This document shows positions 1 to 13,442 of a stretch of 64,000 nucleotides of DNA, one piece after another; the first letter of the stretch is position 1, and each line of letters begins with the position of its first letter. A program made the position numbers and the translations under genes. Source of the stretch: Octopus vulgaris (Eukaryota); assembly GCA_951406725.2 (NCBI GenBank), contig OX597836.1:11036001-11100000 (forward strand). Reading direction: 5' to 3'. Under the pieces are notes generated by a model. It was given only the letters and a program-made list of their open reading frames with translations, was not told the origin of the DNA and searched no databases.

Positions 1-292
1 AGTGAACATTTTTCTGGTTGAAATACACCGAAAAATGGTGACACAGCAGTCAAAAATCATAAAAAATAGGGATTTTCATAGAAAAAATTACCTTTTTGAT
101 GTAAATAATCTTTGGTCTTAACATGGTCCAATTTGAATTTCTTCTTCTGCGGACGGAAGAGCAAGCCTTTTTCTATCATACTCTCAATTTTGGTCAACTT
201 GCGCCGCAGGATCTCGGAGGAGATAGTGTTAGTTGAAAGCTACCAAACCTGCCACACACACACATACAACTTCAGCTTTATATATAGAGAGA
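1..292 (+). mobile_element. 3' part of a non-autonomous Helitron-like element (truncated by window start)
   Basis: Ends in an internal (CA)n followed by ...CTTCAGCTTTATATATAGAGAGAT, an architecture typical of short non-autonomous Helitron/HINE-like repeats; no coding capacity. Confidence 0.45.
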
Positions 293-361
293 TTTATTAC
301 TTTTTAGGCGTTACCACAGAATTAATTAAAATCTAAAAAAATATAAATAGCTATCGGCTGC

Positions 362-458
362 AGAAACCCGCGATATAAATTTACATATATTAGCCAGGAA
401 AATACGCGATGTACTGCGGGCGCGATAGGTGAACCATAATTTGGCGAGTGTTTACTGT
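362..458. mobile_element. Tigger/pogo-like MITE, one end only
   Basis: CGCGATAGGTGAACC...GGCGAGTGTTTACTG|TA terminus (CAGTA-type TIR + TA); same motifs recur at 32623-32840 and 58887-59173. Confidence 0.55.
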
Positions 459-1049
459 ACTTTTTAATGTGTCTAATTCTTATTAATGTTGCATGAAGTA
501 CATTGTTTCAATAAATAAAAGCAAACAGGATTAGAATATCCATAATACTGACATACTTGACATAGTGTCATAAATATATAAATGACACGGGCTTATATTA
601 TTGTTCTTCAGTTTAAGTGTTTTAACAGATTTCAATTCTTTTTAGAAAATGTCCGCCATTAAGTGCCTTCTCCTGGGAAATATTAATTTTACTTTGTTAT
701 GTTCGAAACAACTTAACATTAATGTTCACTCTTTACCAAACTGAATTGAAATGGGTTTATGTTCTGTGGTGTATCGGCTGTAAACATATTCGTCTTTTAA
801 ATACGTTTATTTAACCAGATTTTCACTATGATGTGACTATTTCTTATTTATGATTATAAGGTGCGATCTGATGGAGATTTGACTGCAATATCTAGCAAAC
901 GGCGACACCATATTGTCTCCTTTGGCACATTATAAAAAAGATGTGTCATATACAACTAAGATTCAATAATTTTAATAAGAAATAACGTTTCTTCATTATG
1001 ATCTGAGAATGATATTGCTCACCACAATTTCTATATTCGTGTCGGCGAA

Positions 1050-1990
1050 ATCATATTATTTTCTTCTCTCTATATAACGTCCCGTTATAGAAATAGCTAT
1101 TTTCGTCAAGAATTAAGTCTCCAGTTGTCTCGTTCACATATCTTCCTATCGCCTCCGTCTACGGCGGATGGACGTCTCTCTTCGTTTTCTAAGATATCCG
1201 GATATTAACATTTTCATGTTGTTTTCGACTTCCTCCGGATAGATGAACACTTAAATAATGCTTAATGTTTTAACATCACAACCAGAATATAATACAATTT
1301 AGTCAGATGTACACCACATAGAAACGGATATGATTTCTATTCTGGATATAATACTTAAATGTCGTTTAATGAGATGTATAAGTGTGGAAGAAACTGTGTG
1401 ACAGAATCCTTTTGGCTTTGATTTTTAAAATCTATGGTTGCCAAATATCCTGATATATATTTCAAGTGTTTCTCTTAATATTTTATGTAATTAAGAATTC
1501 CTCGGACATAATATGGACATAAGTATGATCATTATGAAATATTATGAAATATATTGTTGTTCTGTAGTTGAAGAAAATGTGAACGAATTTGGAAATAAAA
1601 ATGTTGAACCAATATGAATGTAAACGGTTGTCATAGTTGAAACGTCGACACAATAGTGACACCATTATACTCGTAATCATCATGATATAACTTGTTATTC
1701 TGTCGCTGAAGATGACGCAAATCAATTTGAGAATATGATATATCTATTTTGTTATGAGAATTATTCATGATTTTTTTAACGAAGGAAAACAAACTAAACC
1801 AATGAAATATTCATAGTTATATAACATGAAGTAAAAGTACATGTCTTTCCATATGAAAATCTCTGTCACTCTCTTTTCTTTCTGGTTCTCCGTTCTTCTC
1901 TTTTGCGAAAACACGTGAGCGTTCTGCTGCGGGTGTTTCAGAGTTCGTTATCGTCAGCATATTCTTGTTATCTTTCACAGCCAAGCGTCC
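1050..1990 (-). mobile_element. Very degenerate Penelope-like remnant (tentative)
   Basis: Minus-strand fragment SMWCTSD*IVLYSGC loosely resembles the start of PLE GIY-YIG domains; hammerhead-like CTGACGA...GAAAC on minus strand at ~1925-1960. Confidence 0.25.
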
Positions 1991-2375
1991 GGGACTCCGA
2001 GTAATTAACAGCGCCCATAGTACTTATTCCAGAGTACACATTGCCTATGACAGTATAAGCTGGGTTTGTGTCTCAATGTTAAAGTATTGTCATGTAGGTA
2101 TTTAAGGGTTATCGTCGTGATCTCGTTTGCTTATTCGCTATGGGAAGCGGGTAACTGGCCTTCTGAGGCTTAGGACTCTAGAAAAAAAATACTGTTTGTA
2201 TATACATCCAGCTTATGTAAGATGTAGAATAATTATAAAGGTTACCATTCTCAAAGTGACATGCTGTAGACATAACGGTTGCAAATTTTGCCACAAGGCC
2301 AGCAGTGTCAGGAATGTGGAGAGTCGATTACTTCGACCCCAATACTCAACTGGTACTCAACTGATACGCATCCAT

Positions 2376-2900
2376 TTTAACTTGGTTCAGTCATTCAATT
2401 GTGGCCATGCTGTGGCACCGAATTAATTTTTATTTAATTCAGTCATTCGGTTGTGGCCATGCTGTGGCACCGCATTTTTACTTGATTCAGTCATTCCATT
2501 GTGGCCATGCTGTGGCACCGTATTTTTACTTGATTCAGTCATTCGGTTGTGGCCATGCTGTAGCACCACGTTTTTACTTGGTTCAGTCACTCGACTGTGG
2601 CCATACAGTGGCACCGTGTTAGAGGGTTTATTCAAACAAATGGATCCCAATATATAGATTATATTTTCAGTCAGGTACTTATTCTATCAGTCTTTTTGCT
2701 GAAATCCCTAACTTATGGAGACGCAAACGTAACAACACTTGACTTCAGCACAGTTTCCATCTATTAAATTTACTCACAAGGCATTGGACGATCCGAGGCT
2801 ATAGTAGAAGACACTTTTTGCAATATGTCATAGAGTGGGATTGAACCTGTAAACATGTGGGTGCAAAGCGAACTTCCTAACCACACAGCCATGCCTGCGT
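2376..2900 (-). mobile_element. tRNA-derived SINE family A, with tandemly amplified 3' tail
   Basis: Head (rc of GCAGGCATGGCTGTGTGGTT...) at ~2870-2900, body GGCTATAGTAGAAGACACT; five ~48-bp copies of tail TTTTACTTG(A/G)TTCAGTCATT..TGTGGCCATGCTGTGGCACCG at 2376-2617. Confidence 0.8.
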
Positions 2901-3329
2901 CTATCTCACAAAACAACAACAACAACAATGCAGCAACAACAATAACAACTGTAAAAGAAACACATTGTTAATATAGTAAATTAAATGAAAACATCGTTGA
3001 TTGATTTGCAGCAATATACGGAGAATGAAGGGAAAGGAAAGAACTAATTCTAGAAAAACGATGCTCACACACATACACACACACACACGCACATACACAC
3101 ACATATACACACACACGTACACACACATGCACACATAGACACGTACACGACACGCAAACGCGTGCACAAAAGGACAGTCACTCATTCACATACACACTCG
3201 CATAAATTTTCGAACACGTGCAGAAACACACACACGCACACAAATACACACGCATGCATACACACAAGCACACACAAACACACACATGCATAAATACACA
3301 CACACATGCATAAATACACACGCACATAC

Positions 3330-5870
3330 ACACATGGACACAGAAACACAGACTCATTCAATCTCAAACACACACATGCATAAATACACACACACATACA
3401 CACACACAAACACAGACTCATTCAATCTCAAACACACACATGCATAAATACACACACACATACACACACACAAACACAGACTCATTCAATCTCAAACACA
3501 CACATGCATAAATACACACACACATACACACACACAAACACAGACTCATTCAATCTCAAACACACACATGCATAAATACACACACACAAGCACACACAGA
3601 CTCATTCAATCACAAACACACACATGCATAAATACACACACACATACACACACACAAACACAGACTCATTCAATCTCAAACACACACATGCATAAATACA
3701 CACACACAAGCACACACAGACTCATTCAATCTCAAACACACACATGCATAAATACACACACACATACACACACACAAACACAGACTCATTCAATCTCAAA
3801 CACACACATGCATAAATACACACACACATACACACACACAAACACAGACTCATTCAATCACAAACACACACATGCATAAATACACACACACAAGCACACA
3901 CAGACTCATTCAATCACAAACACACACATGCATAAATACACACACACATACACACACACACACAAACACAGACTCATTCAATCTCAAACACACACATGCA
4001 TAAATACACACACACAAGCACACACAGACTCATTCAATCACAAACACACACATGCATAAATACACACACACAAGCACACACAGACTCATTCAATCTCAAA
4101 CACACACATGCATAAATACACACACACATACACACACACAAACACAGACTCATTCAATCTCAAACACACACATGCATAAATACACACACACAAGCACACA
4201 CAGACTCATTCAATCACAAACACACACATGCATAAATACACACACACATACACACACACAAACACAGACTCATTCAATCTCAAACACACACATGCATAAA
4301 TACACACACACAAGCACACACAGACTCATTCAATCACAAACACACACATGCATAAATACACACACACATACACACACACAAACACAGACTCATTCAATCT
4401 CAAACACACACATGCATAAATACACACACACAAGCACACACAGACTCATTCAATCTCAAACACACACATGCATAAATACACACACACATAGACACACACA
4501 AACACAGACTCATTCAATCTCAAACACACACATGCATAAATACACACACACATACACACACACAAACACAGACTCATTCAATCTCAAACACACACATGCA
4601 TAAATACACACACACAAGCACACACAGACTCAATCAATCACAAACACACACATGCATAAATACACACACACATACACACACACAGACACAGACTCATTCA
4701 ATCTCAAACACACACATGCATAAATACACACACACAAGCACACACAGACTCATTCAATCACAAACACACACATGCATAAATACACACACACATACACACA
4801 CACAAACACAGACTCATTCAATCTCAAACACACACATGCATAAATACACACACACATACACACACACAAACACAGACTCATTCAATCTGAAACACACACA
4901 TGCATAAATACACACACACATACACACACACAAACACAGACTCATTCAATCACAAACACACACATGCATAAATACACATAAATACACACACACAACTCAT
5001 TCAATCACAAACACACACATGCATAAATACACACACACATACACACACACAAACACAGACTCATTCAATCTCAAACACACACATGCATAAATACACACAC
5101 ACATACACACACACAAACACAGACTCATTCAATCTCAAACACACACATGCATAAATACACACACACAAGCACACACAGACTCATTCAATCACAAACACAC
5201 ACATGCATAAATACACACACACATACACACACACAAACACAGACTCATTCAATCTCAAACACACACGTGTATAAATACACACACACATACACACACACAA
5301 ACACAGACTCATTCAATCTCAAACACACACGTGTATAAATACACACAACATGCATAAATACACACACACAAGCACACACAGACTCATTCAATCACAAAAC
5401 ACACACACGCATAAATACACACACACACAAGCACACACTTAAACACAGACTCAATCAATCACAAACTCACAGATGCATAAATACACACACACACACACAT
5501 GCACACATAAACACATACTCATTCAATCACAAACATACACGTGCATAAATACACACACACATACACACACACAGACACAGACTCATTCAATCACAAACTC
5601 ACACATGCATAAATACACACACACATACACACACACAGACACAGACTCATTCAATCACAAACTCACACATGCATAAATACACACATATACACAAGCACAC
5701 AAGCACACACAAGTATAAATACACACACATACATTAACAGACTCATTTAATCTCAAACACACACATGCATAAATACACACGCACACACACAAACACACAC
5801 AAGCATAAATACACACACACACACATGCATAAACACAGACTCATTCAATCTCAAACACAGACACGCATAA

Positions 5871-5903
<33 letters not shown>

Positions 5904-6006
5904 GACTCAATCAATCTCAGACACACACAAGCATAAATACACACACACACAAACACAAACACACAAACACAGACTCAATCAATCTCAGACACACACAAGC
6001 ATAAAT

Positions 6007-6038
<32 letters not shown>

Positions 6039-6040
6039 AT
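3330..6040. repeat. CA-rich minisatellite, 58-62 bp units with 120-bp dimer structure
   Basis: Dozens of copies of CACAGACTCATTCAAT(C/A)..AAACACACACATGCATAAATACACACACAC(ATACACACACACAAA|AAGCACA); degenerates at both ends. Confidence 0.95.
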
Positions 6041-7483
6041 AAGTAAAGTTATCACAAGCGAAGCTATCACGCTGGAACAATGACGAACGATTTCGCTACA
6101 AAAGGTATTTTACGCGAAAGGAAACGACAAATTATATTTACGTACACACAATATTGTAACGCATTCTTTGCAACGGTTTCTTGGTGAAGGTGGAGGATGA
6201 AATTGTCTTGAAGTATTTAAACATACAAAATAAGTAAAAAGAAAATATAGAGTGGAAATAAAGAAACCAAACACAATTCTTTTTTTTTTATCTTACATAC
6301 AAAAGAGTTATAGTAGAATGCTTAAATTCAAATCTAATTCACCAGCGATCAACTCAGCTTTTGTTAAGCTCTTCCAGTTTGATCACAATAATTCTCTCAT
6401 TCTCTGGCTGTCTCCCGCTCTCTGTTTTACATCAAACGTTTTCTAGCGACGAAGAAGATGAGGCGAATGTGTGTCTATCGCAACAATGTCGACAATTATA
6501 GATATTTACTGAACCTCTTTACTTATCATCGGAATCTAAAACGTTATCAAGGATGAACATTGAAACTGCTGGAATGACAGATAAGTTCAAACTAAGTCTC
6601 TAAAGGAGACCGTTTTCTTCTTATGCTGAGGTGAGAATCAATAGCGTGTTAGAAACCATGAACTAGTGTCAGTAGAAAGAGTCGAAAATATTTATTTAAT
6701 TTATTTGCCATATACACCGGCTGTATTCTTTGACGTTACTGATATCGTAAAAACTCAAGTGCAGACGATCGACTTATTCAGATGACAGAGGACGTTTGCA
6801 GAACGAAAAATTAACAAATAACAACGAATCAGAAATACGAAGAGATGTTTGGAACATTACAGCTCAAATGTGGCTGACCGTTAGTAAGGAGAGACACACA
6901 AATAAGAAAGAAGAAAGCAAAGGACCACTGATGAAGTCACAGGGGTGTGACGAAAGAATTCTGGCCGAAATAAGATTAAGATTAATGTAAAAAATGAATA
7001 ACGCTGAAGCAAAGTAACACCAAATATATAGTGCGTGTGTTTTTATTGGCTAAACTGGCAAAATGACCATTCCGAAATACAACAATATCTGTTTCAAGGC
7101 ACGATTTCACATCAAAAATCTTGCAAAACAAATATATAAACGTAATATTTGAATTATTCTATGAGAAAGGTTTTGATTTCTTGATGATTAATTTGTGTGA
7201 GACAAGTTCGAATGGATAACAAAATATATTACTCTAATGTCAAACTGCTCGAAATTACAACTTGATCATTCGTGATATGATGTTTATTGAGAAGCAAAGC
7301 ACTTAGTTGTCAACCCTTGTTGTGTTGTCTGAATGTTCTTTTGGGGATTAGTTCTAGGCTATATGAATACTATTAGTAGTAACAGAAAAGAGGAATTTCG
7401 ATTATTCCAACGTGGTGAGTTGTAATGTATAAGAAATTAAAAAAAGGAAAATACGCACACTTACATAGTTTTAATATAATTTT

Positions 7484-7975
7484 TAATATATCGACCGGTT
7501 TCGCTATCGCTATTCATAATATTATGCTTTACTTATTTGAATATGTAATTTTTCTTACGAAGAAATTGTGTCCATATTGTGTGTGATGAAATACTATTAT
7601 ATAGCTATAAGTTATATCCATTTGTTTACTCTGATATTGTTACATGTAATAAAGTGGTGGATTCTCAGGAAGCATTCATAATCTTAAGGCTGTCTACATC
7701 GCCGGGTTCAACGGTCCTGCCTAGGTGTCGAAATCAGAGTGAAATGAATTTAGGCGGCTGATGATGGGAGTGCATATATGTCACGCTCAGTTGTCAATTT
7801 CTTCGATATTAGTCTCGTTATTCTGGACTGTCCACCAATATTGTTAAATGGGAAGTGTTTGTGGATTCATAGTCTGTGAGGATCACTTACTGTGATATGA
7901 TTTGATTTTCTTCATAGGTAACCTATACAGGCTTGGACAATTCGTAGATATTATTGTTTAGGTTTTGGAAAGGTC
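7484..7975 (-). mobile_element. Degenerate Penelope-like element: RT N-terminal fragment plus hammerhead-like motif
   Basis: Minus-strand broken peptides CPSLYRLPMKK (cf. PRLYGLPKIHK) and MDIT..LYNSI (cf. MDVTSLYTNIP); motif ATGAATAGCGATAGCGAAACCGGTC at ~7493-7517 (-). Confidence 0.4.
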
Positions 7976-7980
7976 TACAG

Positions 7981-8130
7981 GGCGTGGCTCTGTGGTAAAA
8001 AGCTTGCTTCCCAATCAAATGATTCCGGGTTAAGTCTCACAGCGTGGAAACTTTGACAAGTGTCTTCTGCTATAGGCCACTCAGGACCTTCTGAATGGAT
8101 TTGGTTGTAGGAAACTTAAAGAAGCTCGCA

Positions 8131-8132
<2 letters not shown>
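7981..8132 (+). mobile_element. SINE family A, diverged 5' half
   Basis: GGCGTGGCTCTGTGGTAAAAAGCTTGCTTCCC...GACAAGTGTCTTCTGCTATAG...GGATTTGGT..GGAAACTTAAAGAAGC then (TA)n. Confidence 0.75.
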
Positions 8133-8162
<30 letters not shown>

Positions 8163-9224
8163 CCGTAACTTGTTCATAAATATTATATGTAATATGAGAC
8201 AGTTTAATTATGTATTAACTAAATTAATTTTACTGAAATTGATGGGTGAACGTTTGACCAATCGGATATGCAAGGAGCCGTGTAACCGTTGATTCGTAGG
8301 TTCGATTCTGCTTGAGGTTAGCTCATCATTTTCCCGTCATTTGTTTGTATTTAAAAATTATCGCTTCAAATTGGAGAATAAATATTAGTACACAGTTATA
8401 TATATATATATATATTTACATAAATGTGTATATGAATAAATATTCCATTAAGAAACATGGTTATTGGATTTTCGTGAAGGGAACACGTTTGAAGTATTTC
8501 CTTTTATAATGAGATATTAGACCGCATGTAAGATCTTAAGAAATAAACCGCGTGTTTGAAACAGAGAAAACTTATGCACCTTTCCCACGATTGAACTTCA
8601 ACTAATTAGCTATTGATTAATATGTATAATATTTAAACAAATGACTATACTGCTACGTTGTTGAAACAAAAGGAAAACATACAGAGTTAGATAGATAGGT
8701 ATGTAGTGGTCTAGGTAGCTAGATAGTAAAATGATCTCCCTCGCAAGAAAAATTATAGAGTAACCTCACTTTTCTCAGTTTTTCTACGCATCTGTGTAAT
8801 GAGACGTGATTCTTAATTATCCAAGAAGCTTAGCGTTTCTCTTGGACGTTTCTAGATTGTCTAGCGTTCCATTAATAAAAACAGCTTGCTAACCCTTCTC
8901 CTCGTTTCTTAGTCGATTGGACTCAGAACCATTCACGTCATTGCTATGCCCGTCTATTTCTCTACGCCAAATTACTGAAAAGCATAACGTAGCTGTTATT
9001 TCTACATTTTCTATCTCTGAACATTTTGCATAGATTACTTCATTCAACTAGATTCTACAATTTTGATTCTATGTATCATCATCGTCCAGTAAATAAAATA
9101 TATTTTCATGTAGTAAATATATAGTTCTTGAATTTATTCTTCATCCCTTCATGAAGTCTTGTAATAACATACACGCAGCCACATTAACAGTAGGTACTGA
9201 TTATACTTCCCCTACATGTACATA

Positions 9225-9630
<406 letters not shown>

Positions 9631-10144
9631 TTGTTGAATGCTAGACATTAAACTTACAAAACAGTCTTTAAGTAATTAAGATGGTGGAATTATGAGATTT
9701 GAAAAATGAGTTGGTGACGATAATTTATAGATATATTTCAGCCCCCTCTTTACCCATAATTAAAACATATATTCTCATCAACAGAATGTCCCAGGTAACA
9801 TAAATCAAGCATACAATATAATTGACATAATCAGAGAAAAATTTTTTTAAATTATAAACATTTAGAAAACATATAACATGGCTGCAAGTAAAGATATTGT
9901 AGCTATATAATGAAGACACACAAGCAGACGATAATGTACAGCCGGCAGCGTTCTAATATAACAGAAATATTAGCAAACATAAAGACGTGTATTTTCGTTT
10001 CATGTAGATATAAAAATAACATTTTTATTACACTTCATCCCGAATAATATTTGAGTGCAATTAGAAGACATTACGAATGGCGATATATTCGTTGTCGTAT
10101 GAGCTCGTCTGCTAGAAATAGCAACCAAAGTTTTCCATAGACAC

Positions 10145-10305
10145 AGGCGTTTGTTGCGTGGTAAGATGGTTGATTCACAAACACGAGGTTCCAGTTTCTG
10201 CCCTGCTGCGTGGCACTTGGGCAAGCATCTTCTACTATAGCGTCGGGTCGACCAAACACTTGTGAGTTGATTTAACAGACGGATACTGAAAGAAGTCTGA
10301 CGTGT
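10145..10305 (+). mobile_element. SINE family A, diverged 5' half
   Basis: GCGTGGTAAG...CTGCGTGGCACTTGGGCAAGCATCTTCTACTATAGCGTCGGGTCGACCAAA. Confidence 0.75.
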
Positions 10306-10322
10306 ATATATATATATATTGC

Positions 10323-10711
10323 TCTTTTACTTGTTTCAGTCATTTGAATGCGGCCATGCTGGAGCACCGCCTTTAATCGAGCAACTCGACCCCGGGAGTT
10401 ATTCTTTTGTAAGCCCAGTACTTATTCTATCGGAGCTCTTTTGCCGAACCGCTAAGTAACGGGGACATAAACACACCAGCATCAGTTGTTAAGCAATGCT
10501 AGGGGGACAAACACAGACACGCAAACACACACACGCATATATATATATATATATATATACATATATACGACGGGCTTCTTTCAGTTTCCGTCTACCAAAT
10601 CCACTCACAAGGCATTGGTCGGCCCGAGGCTATAGTAGAAGACACTTGCCCAAGTGAACCCGGAACCATGTGGTTGGTAAACAAGCTACTTACCACACAG
10701 CCACTCCTGCG

Positions 10712-10713
<2 letters not shown>
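10323..10713 (-). mobile_element. SINE family A, near full length, young
   Basis: rc: GGCGCAGGAGTGGCTGTGTGGTAAGTAGCTTG...GGTTCCGGGTTCA (tRNA A/B-box head), internal microsatellite, tail GGTGCTCCAGCATGGCCGCATTCAAATGACTGAAACAAGTAAAAG. Confidence 0.9.
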
Positions 10714-10752
<39 letters not shown>

Positions 10753-10986
10753 GCCTCTATTAGAGGTTGTGTTAATCTCAGGGTGGGATAGTTTCGTCCA
10801 AGGAAATACTGGATCAATACCTAATATTTTTCCCTCTAAATATATTATGCTCAGGTCTTATGAAATATATATTTAATTAATTTGTTGTTAATAATAAACA
10901 GTCATTAACCTCCCAATCGCTATTTTATTTTTCTTTCACAAACACACACACACACATATATATATGTATGTATGTATGTATGCATA

Positions 10987-11110
10987 TGTGGCTGTGTGGT
11001 AAGTAGCTTGCTTACCAACCACATGGTCCCGGGTTCAGTCCCACTGCATACCACCTTGGGCGAGTGTCTTCTACTATAGCCTCGGGCCGACCAAACCCTT
11101 GTGAGTGGTA
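10987..11110 (+). mobile_element. SINE family A, 5' part truncated by the next element
   Basis: GTGGCTGTGTGGTAAGTAGCTTGCTTACCAACCACATGGTCCCGGGTTCAGTCCC...TTGTGAGTGG. Confidence 0.85.
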
Positions 11111-11316
11111 GTTAGAATTTACAAAAGAAACAAACAAAACAACAAAAGACGAAGGCGGGTGTGTAAACAACAGACAGATGTATTAGTTTAACGCTTGCTA
11201 AGTAAGAAAGTCCTTTACGTTTCGAGCCTATGCTCTTCACCAGGAAGGAACACAGAAATAAATAGAGAGAGAAAATATAAAAAATGGTTTAATTGCTAGC
11301 GATCAATCATGGCGAT
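11111..11316 (-). mobile_element. Short Penelope-type repeat with minimal hammerhead-like motif
   Basis: Homologous to 54924-55132 (inverted); rc 11211-11250 CCTGGTGAAGAGCATAGGCTCGAAACGTAAAGGA. Confidence 0.6.
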
Positions 11317-11649
11317 ATATATTGATAGATTGATAGATAAATGGATAGATAGAAAGATAGATAGGTCTTCTATCTCCCGATTACTTTACAAGAGAGACAT
11401 AAAATATACACATATTTGTATTCAAAATTCAAAAATATTCAGCATAAATTATCTTCTAAAACAGCTCAAATCATAATTCACAGTAAAACAATAATTATAT
11501 TAATATAAATGGCTCTGTTGTTTGTTTTCATTTACACTAAACAACAACATTACGCATTTATTTTCCATACATTACATTTATTTGTCTCCATTTCGGAAGG
11601 AAGAAAAAATTGCTTTTACAATTTTATTTATTTGAATATTTTCTTATTT

Positions 11650-12021
11650 TTTGTTGTTGTTGCTGTTGCTATTCTTATTGTTGTCTTTCTTCTCATCCAA
11701 CTCCTCCTCCTTCTCCTCCTCTCCTTTTCCTCTTTGTTCCTCTTCTTTTTCTTCCTCTTTTCCTTGTTGTTGCTGTGGCTTTTGTCGTCGTCGTCGTCGT
11801 CCTCCTCCTCATCCTCCTCATCTTCCTCCCCTCCTCCTTTTACGCTTTCCTTTACTTTTTCTTCCGCTTTTCTTTGCTGTTGTTGTTGTTCTTCTTCTTC
11901 TTTTCTTACTCCTACTCCTCCACCTCCTCCTATCCTCTCTTCCTCCTCTTTCTCTTTCTGCCCCTTCTTTCTCTTCCTCTTTTCCTTGGTATTGTTGTTG
12001 CTGTTCTTGTCTTCTGCTTTC

Positions 12022-12052
<31 letters not shown>

Positions 12053-12094
12053 CTTCTTCTTCTTCTTCTTCTTCTTCTTCTTCTTCTTCTTCTT

Positions 12095-12125
<31 letters not shown>

Positions 12126-12220
12126 TCATCGCTTTTGTTATAATTATTATTATCATTATTATTATTTTCATAAATACAAATATATATAGACGTACAAACA
12201 TTAATTTAGCTATATATATT

Positions 12221-12266
<46 letters not shown>

Positions 12267-12269
12267 CAT

Positions 12270-12306
<37 letters not shown>

Positions 12307-12492
12307 AGTCGTGTGTGTGAACGTGTATGTGTGTATACACACATATCTATCAATCTATTTATCTATCTATATATCTGTATATATATATATATATATATAT
12401 GAATCTATGTGTGTGTGTGTGTATGTGTGTGTGCGTGTATGTGTGTGTATATACATAAATACATACACACACACATACACACACACACACAC

Positions 12493-12523
<31 letters not shown>

Positions 12524-12545
12524 TACACACACACACCACCTAACC
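11650..12545. repeat. Pyrimidine-rich (CTT/CCT/GTT)n tract followed by (TA)/(CA) microsatellites
   Basis: Direct inspection; ORFs here are homopolymeric. Confidence 0.9.
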
Positions 12546-12918
12546 AGCCACTGAAACTAATAATTATCAATTTATTAATATTTGTCTGAGAACAAAAACA
12601 AAAACAAATCTCAGAACGATATTCAAAATATTTCAGACAAAACATTGTAAATCGAAGAAATATCTAACGTTGAATTACATCTAATTAAGGAATATTCCTG
12701 GTTTACAATTTTTCAAGATGGAAAGATGCAATAAGAAGACAAAACAAAACAAAAAAAATACCAACAAATATTGAAGACAACAATAGCAAAAACAATGCCA
12801 AAGACAAGGAAGTGAATGGATCTGATGTCTTTGGGGGTACTTTTGGAATTCTCTTTCGAAGAACTCACCTGTAGACAAATTGTTGCTGGTATTGCCTGAC
12901 GTTCGTTCGTTTGTTCGT

Positions 12919-13374
12919 TTCTTCTTGTTCTTCTTCTTGTTCTTCTTCTTGTTCTTGTTGTTCTTCTTGTTGTTCTTCTTCTTCTTGTTCTTGTTCTTTT
13001 TCTTCTTCTTTTTCTCTTTCTTTTTCTTTTTCTTCTTCTTCTTCTTCTTCTTCTTCTTCTTCTCCTTCTTCTTCTTCTTTTCTTCTTCTTCTTCTTCTTC
13101 TTCTTCTTCTTCTTTTTTCTTCTTCTTTTTCTCTCTTCTTCTTCTTCTTCTTCTTCTTTTTCTTCTTCTTCTTCTTCTTCTTCTTCTTCTTCTTTTCTTC
13201 TTCTTCTTCTTCTTCTTCTTCTTCTTCTTCTTCTTCTTCTTCTTCTTCTTCTTCTTTTTTCTTCTTCTTCTTCTTCTTCTTCTTCTTCTTCTTCACAAAT
13301 ATCTTGTGGTTATAACTATTACAAAATAATAATAATAATAATAATAACAATAATAATAATAATAATAATAATAA

Positions 13375-13416
<42 letters not shown>

Positions 13417-13440
13417 TGATGATGATGATGATGAAGATAA
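12919..13440. repeat. (CTT)n tract and (AAT)n/(GAT)n tract
   Basis: Direct inspection; the (AAT)n abuts the 3' tail of the SINE at 13443. Confidence 0.9.
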
Positions 13441-13442
13441 TG

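Noticed and set aside
3330-5340. CRISPR-like appearance of constant motif with intervening sequence
   Set aside because: Intervening segments are near-identical CA tracts rather than unique spacers; eukaryotic context and no cas genes.
3568-6004. His/Thr-rich repetitive ORFs
   Set aside because: Translations of the CA-rich minisatellite; frames shift with unit length.
6440-7000. Possible exon (DEEDEANVCLSQQC) or MULE/ZSWIM-like N-terminal remnant (GDRFSSYAEV)
   Set aside because: Motifs are too short and interrupted by stops to support without a search.
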